Shown here: piece after piece, positions 15,039 to 23,390 of the stretch
Position numbering within the stretch: the first letter of the stretch is position 1
Layout of the letters: each line of letters starts with the position of its first letter
Assembly (NCBI GenBank): GCA_054661495.1
Contig: BAAFSQ010000001.1
Coordinates: 1-32,000 of the forward strand
Direction: 5' to 3'
DNA from: Zygophlyctis sp. KS116
Lineage: Eukaryota; Fungi; Chytridiomycota
Length of the DNA stretch: 32,000 nt
Notes under the pieces: generated by a model
What the model was told of the DNA's origin: nothing
Databases searched by the model: none
What the model saw: the letters and a program-made list of their open reading frames with translations, nothing else
Translations under genes and position numbers: made by a program

Positions 15039-18000
15039 ATGACCAGAAACTGTGGATATTCTTATCATCACAAATGTAAATCTTATGATATGAATGAAAT
15101 GGGAAACATTTTGATCGAGGCAATGAAGGAATCGGATTTGGAAATCGTTTGCGATCGTCTGGTTTTGATCAAGGAATCTTGTCCAAAAGACACAAAACGG
15201 CAGATTCTTTCCGATAAATTAATTCAAGAGCTCAAGAGTTCCGAAGGGAATGCCGTTTTCAAGGAATTATTAATAGAAATCAAAGCTGATGATTTACAGT
15301 ATGTCTGTACTTCTCTGGTATTACTAAAATCAACTTCATCAATGAGAAAACCTATCAAGGATGATCTTTTACTGTTACTAAAGGCTCATATCAATTTTAG
15401 GAATAAATCAGGATCACAAAATGATGCTGAAAAGTATAGAAATTCAAGTCACTTGAAAAATAATAATGGACATAACGGAGATTGGGTGGGGCTAAGATGT
15501 AGATTTGCTTGTGAACCATTCAATATGGATCTTTTGAAAGTAGAGTTTGGGGAGTATGGGGGCATAAATGGAATGTGGATGGATCAAAAGGATTGGATAG
15601 TTTACATAATGGTATCTTCAAATTCTTTTTATAAAGTAGTATATTAATGCAAAAAGCGCATCTTTAGCGTACTCGAGTTTAAATGATTCTAGTTTGAATT
15701 GTGATATTAAGAATCGTTTGAAAATGACTTTAATGACAAAAGATAGTATATTGGATGAAACGGCTGGTTTAGAGTCTATTTGGGCTTCTCCAAACTATCA
15801 AAAGGATTTAAGAATAGCAGTTTCTGTTAAATCCGCATATGTTCAAAAACAGAATTTAAGAACTATAAATGATATACTTTGGAAATATGGCAGTCAAAAA
15901 GGAAATAGCATATTTAGGCCAGAAAATAATGAAGTTATATTCATTTATCATAACTCAGATTCTGCTTTGAAAGCTTATGAATCTATTAATCGTGATGTTC
16001 TTGAATTAAGGGATGCAGCAGTTGATATTTTCACAGAAAATGAAGCTATTGAAAGACAAAATGGTGCGTTGGGAGATAGGTCTACAGTGAGAGAAAATCC
16101 AACAGATCCAAGACTACGTTCTTCTTCTTATGAACGTCCTAATCGAAGAGACTGCTTGTATATACAAGGATTAATTGGATCAGTTAATGAAGAAAAGATT
16201 AGAGACGATCTTTTAGAGGATTTTGGAGATATTTTAGAACTGTGGCTTTCTAGACTAAAAAAACATTGTTTTGTTTATGTAATTATTTTTCTATTAAATC
16301 TAGTTTAAAAGTGAAGAAGACGCCAAAGATGCAGTTTCATATTGTGATGATCTTAAGTGGCCAGAAGATAATGGAAAACGTCTAAAGCCAGAATTATTGC
16401 TCACAAGAGATGCCAAAGCAAAGGAGGAAGCTCTGAGGAAACTAGAAAATGACCTTGGAGGACCAAAAGTTGACTTTCAAAATATAAGCAATTGGGTTGA
16501 GCGAAAACAAAAGCAAAAATATGAATTCAAAATTGAACAAGAGAAAAGAATCAGAGCGGAGCAGAAAGTAAAGGCTGAGCGCGAAGAGGTAGAGAGAGAA
16601 CGAGATTTGAGACTTTCGATTGAAAGGAAAAATAATTTGGAAAAACGGCAGGCTGAAGAGCGAATCAGAGCTCAAAAGGTAAGCTTTTTTACATAAAATG
16701 AAAGGTTATCGAAGAAAGATCACATTTCAGCACTAGGCCGGTTTTAGAGAATTCGGATGGTTCCTTTAGTCATGCTTATGAAAGGGAAACCCCTCCGCAG
16801 AGAAAATCCGAATCTCATAGTTATGATACTACCAGCCACTTCTCCGGCTACAGAAGTTCTTCTAGTAAAAGTACGAGAGAGCAATTCACCTTTGTCACAC
16901 CCAGCGCAAACCTTGATAGTGGCAGTCTCATATCCAACCATTCTACTAGTCCATTTGACAAATCGCTACCAAGTAAATAATTTATTGATATAATAATATT
17001 AGGAAATCCTATCGTAGACTGGTTTCAGGCAGCTGTTTGTGATTTGTCAAAGGAAGGCTTGGAATGCATCGCAAAAAAGCTCATACCTGGCGATCATAGG
17101 CACATTGGTAGGACGGAACTCGTTGCTATGATTGAGGGCTCATTGAATTTGGCTATAATATCATTTAAGGAGCTTCTTAAAACTGAAGGAGGTGACATTA
17201 AACGAAGGCCTGGTGATTTACCGCATTCTGTGGACAGAAAAAGATCATATGATGATCCTGAACTTTCACCAAGTAGTCATTATCCTCCCAAAAAAAGACT
17301 CGGTGCAAACGAAGAGCTTACTAGTATTAAATCTATTGTTCTTATATCAAATTTGGATGAAACTGTTGATGAGAAAACTTGGAAGCTCTTATTTCAAGAA
17401 TACGGTCCAATTGTACGATTTTGGAGACACCCTAATGGTAAAGAATGTCTTGTCAAGGTGATTTGATTATTGTCTAAATTTAGTATACGACTGTTGAAGA
17501 TGCCAAGCGAGTTCATAAAGACTTAAATGAAGAGTATTATAGAGACTATGTTACAAATGAATTAACTCATTATAAGTTTTCTACCAGATTGGTGGATGAA
17601 TCTTACGCTGTGGAATATGTCAATAAACAGCAAAAAGAAGAAGAAGAAGCCAAAAAGTTTCGAAAAGAAGAGGAAGATCGCTTAAGGGAGGAGAATAGAC
17701 GTAAAGAAGAAGAGATGATCCTTGCCGAAGAGAAAAGAAGATTACAAAATGAAAAGATTGAGGCTGAACGATTTTTAAAGGAGAAAGAGGAAATAGAGCG
17801 TAGAAGAGATATTCAGCGCATAAAAGAAGAATCATATATCAGACATGTACAATCACCAGAATATTTTCATCCTAAAATGGAAGAATCACCAAAAAAACTC
17901 ATCTCTCCTCCCTATGGATCTGCAAACTTGTACTTGAACAATCAATCTTTTCAAAATGAAAACACCGTACTTTTACTTTTTTAATTTTCTAGGAAAGCTG

Positions 18001-18654
18001 TCTATTAGTAGGAATTTTTAATCCTCCTTGCAAAAGTTTGAATGATATTTCTCACATGTTTCAAGGAATATGCGTAATTGATCATAAATTTGACAACTCT
18101 CATACAAACTTATTCTTAAAGGTATTTTTTACATTATTTAAAATCAAGTTTCCAAACTCTTCTGATGCCAAGCTAGTTTATCAAAAATTAAATGGATTAG
18201 TCTGGCATTATGAGACACTTCACAAGATCCAAGCGCACTACATAACTGAAGAAACGGGACTTGAAAGAATAAACACTGTTTCTGAACCAACTTTAAAATC
18301 AGATGCCTCAGAATCATGTGGTATATTTAAATTCAAAGTTTAAAATTTAGGATACTGTCATATTTCAGGACTCATTAAACCTATTAGATCTTCCAAATTA
18401 AATTCATTTTTGATCAAGTATGGAGGATTGAATGCATACTCTAATGCATCTAATGATATTATTGCATCTGTAATCCATTGTAAATTTAAAAATAGTTCAA
18501 GGACAATAATGAGCTGTCTAGACTGATTCAAGATTTTTCAGGGAAAAAATTGGAAGGAACCAATGAAAGATCTAAAGCCAATTTTAAAATTATTTCAGAG
18601 CAAGAGTTTGAAGGATCTGTCAAGGATTTTAAAACCATCTTGTTTAAAATTTAA
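15039..18654 (+). CDS. Large RNA-binding protein with ~6 divergent Acinus-type RRMs, SAP/HeH-like helical repeats and E/K/R-rich helices, ~1123 aa, 10 exons
   Basis: Introns at 15612-15639, 16279-16303, 16679-16704, 16973-17002, 17458-17483, 17967-17992, 18122-18148, 18321-18350 and 18470-18495 join six track ORFs plus unlisted exons into one frame. The best RRM is CLYIQGL...FGDILELWLSRLKKHCFVY|FKSEEDAKDAVSYCDDLKWPEDNGKRL. Confidence 0.75.
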
Positions 18655-18743
18655 AAACGTTTACAGTTTACTATTGAGGAAATAAGTTGACTTATCTGCG
18701 AACCTAAACTTTGGACTTATTCTAAAGAGTTTGGCAATACAAG

Positions 18744-20528
18744 ATGCGAATTAAATTGTCTTTTCCGGATGGGCTTATTGATGACTGCTGGTTTGGATTT
18801 GAGACTGACAGCTTACAAACGGTGAATGATCTTTGTCTGGCGATTCAAGATCGTTTTAAAATTGGAAATTCAAGTCTGAAAATGGATGGTTTTATTTTAT
18901 TAGGAGACGATCGGGTCTCTAATTTACTGAGAGATGATGATTTGATTCTTGTCAAGAGTTTGAAAGAATTGAATTCTCCAGTTAAAATACCGCAGGATCG
19001 GTCATTGCAAGTTCATATCCATGATAGATTTTCTGATTCGTCGCATGATACACTTTCAAATAATGATAATTATAATCATAGTACACATATGATAGACTCG
19101 ACAGTTGTTGACTCAAAAAGTTTAGATTCTCAAAAATATGAAATTGCAGATGATTTAGTAGATGATGATGAAGTAGATAAAGTAGAAATGGAAGATGTCA
19201 AGGCTGACAGATTAGAAAAATGCGCTGATATAGATTTAAAAGAAAATGGACAAGAAGATTTAAGTGAATCAGTAGAAAAAGGCAAGGTAGAGGATGCATC
19301 TCCTGTAGAAACTCGACTTGAAATTTCTAGAGATTTAGAAGATGGACAGGTTTTAACTACTGATGAAGTAGTTGATGAGGATAAGCAATTGTTTGTTCCA
19401 ATTCCAGAGTTTTCAGAAGACGAATTGGATGATAGTTTTACTACATCAAATAATAATATGACGGTAATAGTAGTAGAAATAAATCTAGACATTTTCTTAT
19501 TCAAAAGAATCAAAGTATAGAGTAGATGGATTACGTGAAAAAGGAACAATTATTCATTTTGAACAAGTTCAAAGAAAGGGAGGATGGATGGATTATGGTG
19601 GAAATACTATGGAATGGACTCCACCTGAATCTAATAAAGGATGGAATATTTCACCTGCAAAACACAAAATTCCAAATGATGATGTAGATCATTGGAATAC
19701 TCAAATTAAAGATTTTGACTCAAAACCTCTTAAAAAGAAGTCTAGATATGATAATGAAACATTTAATCGTGGTAATTCATATAGAAATAATTCTTCTTGT
19801 ACATGTTTTATTTGGAATTTAGGAGAAAATGTTTCAAAAGTTGAATTAAAACAATTATTTTCTGATTGTGGAAAAATCATTGATATTAAACTTGTTCAAG
19901 ACAAAAATCATGATCAAACTGGATATATTCAATTCTCAAATTCTTTTGGAGCAAATCGTGCTTTTGGATTAGATCAAAAACTTTATTTAAATGGATCTAA
20001 AATCCGTATCAAACTATCTGAATCAAATTTATCTAGCAAATTTATCCAAGAATCATCTCTTAAAACTCTAAATAATTCTCAAGAATCACCTGTTTCAAAA
20101 AATCCTATAATAGACCAAACCACAAATCCAATATTAAAAATCAGCAATCCAAAAACTCAAAGTATTAACAAGCCAGAACCAAAATCCCCAGAGATTTTAA
20201 CACCGTGTAAGAATTTTAATTTTTAAACCTAGGTTACTGTGTAGCTTCTGGTCTTTGTAAGCCAATCAAAATCTCAATTTTCACATCATTTTTATTAAAG
20301 TCTGGTGCAATCACTTGTTTCTCAAATGAACAAGACTCTGTAATTTTGAGTGTATTTTATTTTTTTTAACAAAAGTTTAATTCTATTGTCAAGATGAATG
20401 CATTGATTCATGATTTTTCTGGAAAGAGTCTGATTGGATCTAATCCAAAGACTATTTGCACTTTTAAAGTGTTGGAGGTTGAGGACTTTGAAGGGTTCAA
20501 GCCCTACTATACAAAAAAGTTTTTTTAG
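18744..20528 (+). CDS. Coilin-N-like domain + acidic linker + RRM + degenerate C-terminal RRM, ~569 aa, 4 exons
   Basis: N-terminus MRIKLSF...CWFGFETDSLQTVNDLCLAIQDRF...LKMDGFILL...LLRDDDLILVK follows the coilin N-terminal domain pattern. RRM CFIWNLGENVSKVELKQLFSDCGKI...TGYIQF. Basic patch PLKKKSR. Introns at 19464-19488, 20207-20232 and 20352-20375. Confidence 0.72.
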
Positions 20529-20586
20529 TCATTCTTGCAGTTTTAAATTGTTGAGAAAGATCAGGAGGGTTAAAAGTTAATCATTA

Positions 20587-20734
20587 AAGGGTTGAAAATT
20601 CTTCTTGTAAAAAAAGTTGGTCATTCAGGGTTACCAAGGGTTGAAATTCTTCTTGTAAAAAAAGTTGGTCATTAAGGGTTACAGACGTGTTGTGTTCATC
20701 AAGGGTTGAAATTCTTCTTGTAAAAAAAGTTGGT
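20587..20734 (+). repeat. Three ~34-nt direct repeats upstream of eIF1
   Basis: AAGGGTTGAAATTCTTCTTGTAAAAAAAGTTGGT at 20587-20621 (one extra A), 20636-20669 and 20701-20734. Copies 1 and 2 extend with CATT(C/A)AGGGTTAC. Confidence 0.95.
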
Positions 20735-20745
20735 GCGGCCATTGC

Positions 20746-21105
20746 ATGACTGACAATATCCAAAATCTTGCTGCCTATGACCCTTTTGCTGATACCGGAG
20801 AATCTGATGACTTAAAAGTTGAAGGATATATTCGTAAGATTTCTTTCTAACTCTTAGATATTCGAATTCAACAGAGAAATGGAAGAAAAACACTCACAAC
20901 TGTCCAAGGGCTTCCGTCCGATTTAGATCCTAAAAAGATTCTTAAAGCCTTTAAAAAGGATTTTGCTTGTAATGGTAGTATTGTGAATGATGAAGAAATG
21001 GGAAATGTAATTCAATTGCAGGGAGATCAAAGAGCAAAAGTTGCTGGATTTCTAGCAGAAGCAGGAATAGTTGCCAAAAATAAGATCAAAATTCATGGAT
21101 TTTAA
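20746..21105 (+). CDS. SUI1: Translation initiation factor eIF1 (SUI1), 111 aa
   Basis: Missed by the ORF track. The 24-nt intron 20834-20857 (gtaagatttctttCTAACtcttag) gives MTDNIQNLAAYDPFADTGESDDLKVEGYIHIRIQQRNGRKTLTTVQGL...KKDFACNG...VIQLQGDQR...IKIHGF*. Confidence 0.97.
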
Positions 21106-21315
21106 ATTTAATTAAAATATCTTCAATCTTGCATTTTTCCTTTTTCTCTTGATTTTATGTCATTTTATAATTGGAGGTGGCACTGGGTTCCATGCATTAG
21201 CCTAGAAACCTGACTAGTAAAAAGATGAGAGGCAGCGTATTTGAAATTGATGGTTTTTTGTTAATTTTTTTACTTTATTAAACCTCTATGGATACGAATA
21301 CTGATCTGCGCTATT

Positions 21316-22725
21316 CTAATGTCCGACAGATTTCCTTTGGATAATTTGCATGGTTAAGCATGTCGACATTATTAAAGTACCAGTCCCTGCTAAAAATAAT
21401 GCAGCCGTTTTCTTAAAATCCCATGGAGCATTTCTAGGATCATTAAGATCTCTATACTTGAAGTAAAATAGCCCAGGAAGAATGTAACAAATTGTAGTAG
21501 ACCCGGTAGCTCCAACAACTGATAATACCTAGAATTTAAATTAAAATGTTATTTACAGTAGTTAAATCTTCTACAGAGATTGCAATAAGATATGAGAGTG
21601 TCATGATTGAAGTTGTAATTAAAAACTAATTTTAAGAATAAATAATTTACATGATAGTTTTTGTTACTTCCACTTACTGAAATTATTTTTTGGATTGAAT
21701 TCCTGCAAGGGTGGCATTGCAGAGGATAACTAAATAGGACAAGCATCGCTATTGCAAGCTGACCGCATGTCACTGTAAATGAAGATGGATACATTGCGAT
21801 AATGTTTGATTTGATGAGATTTCCAAAGGTAAGATATCCAAAAATTCCAATGACTAGATATACAACCGTAGATACTGAAATAGAAACTGTAATCAGTTTT
21901 CTCATTATAGCGATTGAATTATCTGTGATTTCATTGTGAACTGAAAATATCTATCATTATTTTTTAAAAATTTACATTTTGATGGCAAGTAAAAGCAAAA
22001 ACAAATATAGGAAGATACAGAAAAAAATTAGAATCTACATGTGCTAATCTTATATCTGGAGGTCTTGTAGAGTAAGGTGCATCAGAATAGAAGAATACCA
22101 CCAAAAAAGCTAAATAAACAACAAAGCAAAGAGCCAATGCTGACACGTACCTTAGAGAAGACAATTTCCTAGCAAAAGCAAACGGAGATATTATCCACAT
22201 ACAAATTGAAACCCAAAAAATCCGAGAAGTATAAAGCGAATCTGTTCCCATTCCAGGAAACAATCCTAAAACAACTTGCGGAAGTAAATCACGACAAATC
22301 ACTAGATAGGAAACCGAGACTCCAAAGCATTTTACAGCAATCGCAATATCAAAAAAAATGGCTAAATTAGGCCATGTCATCTTTGAGCATGAAAAAAAAG
22401 ATGCATTCCTTCCAGACTTTTGAGCCAAAAGCGATAACAAATAAAGTCCAAAAGCCGAAGCACTTGCACTTGTGAGAATCAATACACTACCCAACACGAA
22501 TCCAACATTCGCAATTGCAGAAGGCATAGCCAATATCCCTGCTCCCAGGATTGTTTGTGTAATATTCAATGTTCCTGATACTAAAGTCCCTGCATGATCG
22601 GGCTCATTTGGAGTATTTACAGAGCCCAACATCTCTTCATGAAGAAGCGATGATGTCGCCTCATTATGACTATCTCTTCTCTTTGCTATTGATCCTTGAT
22701 TTGCTCCGTCTTCCATCTTTGGCAT
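21316..22725 (-). CDS. AAAP/Aa_trans vacuolar amino acid transporter (Avt5/6/7-like), ~443 aa
   Basis: TILGAGILAMPSA, AIAVKCFGVSVSYL, FVFAFTCHQN|IFSVHNE, SYPLQCHPCR, VGATGSTTICYILPGLFY. Introns at 21951-21975, 21626-21650 and 21529-21556. Confidence 0.93.
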
Positions 22726-22904
22726 ATGGTTGTCTGTATATCTTTTGGTTAAAACAATACGCGAACTTCACACCAAAACGCGAACTTGGTGATGGCTACC
22801 GAGGCCCTGATTTTGCACTCGGTCAATCTCAAGTTTTTAAATTAAGAAAAATGTATTTAGATTGGATAATTGTGTATCATAATCCTTTGATATTTTACAA
22901 ATTA

Positions 22905-23279
22905 CTAAAATCGATCTAATTGCAACTCTACTAAAACATTCAACTTTTTCGATGATATTTCAATAATCCTTTTCTGAACTTTTTTAATTGTTCCTGACAG
23001 ATGCAAAGTTTGAAAGCATAAAGATTGTTTCTTTATAGATGTTATAAATGTCAATGCAGCAATTAGATGTCTTGCATAATTCCGATCTATTCTTATTATT
23101 CCTAAACAGGTCTTTGGATTGTAATACTTTATAGATAAGGATCCTATTCCGACACTACCAAAATTTGCTTCAATTGAATCCTTGATTGTATTATACAAAT
23201 TCGAGTCTGTAATGCTTTGATCGGGATCTTGTTCAAAGTGTATTTGGAAGAGAACATATCTAACCTTGAATCTCACCAT
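22905..23279 (-). CDS. POP5: RNase P/MRP subunit Pop5 (Rpp14/Pop5 family)
   Basis: MVRFKVRYVLFQI, IEANFGSVG, IKYYNPKT, LHLSGTIKKVQ; intronless. Confidence 0.9.
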   Translation of the reverse strand: MVRFKVRYVLFQIHFEQDPDQSITDSNLYNTIKDSIEANFGSVGIGSLSIKYYNPKTCLGIIRIDRNYARHLIAALTFITSIKKQSLCFQTLHLSGTIKKVQKRIIEISSKKLNVLVELQLDRF

Positions 23280-23390
23280 TTTTTAAATGTAAAAACCTAG
23301 ACAGTCTTTTTTGTTAGCCCTGACAGAGTCCAAGAAAAATTTAAGTGCTGAAGGAAAATCCTAAAAAAATTAGCGTTAAAAGCATCGGAA

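Noticed and set aside
18654-18744. Single fused gene spanning the RRM array and the coilin-like gene
   Set aside because: The first gene has a clean stop after its terminal module, which ends at nearly the same position as the paralogous module in the second gene. The second gene starts with a typical N-terminal domain at an ATG in good context.
20587-20734. CRISPR-like array (three ~34-nt repeats with spacers)
   Set aside because: The spacers are unequal (14 and 31 nt) and begin with near-identical sequence, the repeats are not palindromic, no cas genes are present, and the context is a eukaryotic promoter.
21205-21235. U5 snRNA loop I-like CTTTTTACTAG on the minus strand
   Set aside because: It does not match the invariant GCCTTTTAC loop, and I see no closing stem or properly placed Sm site.
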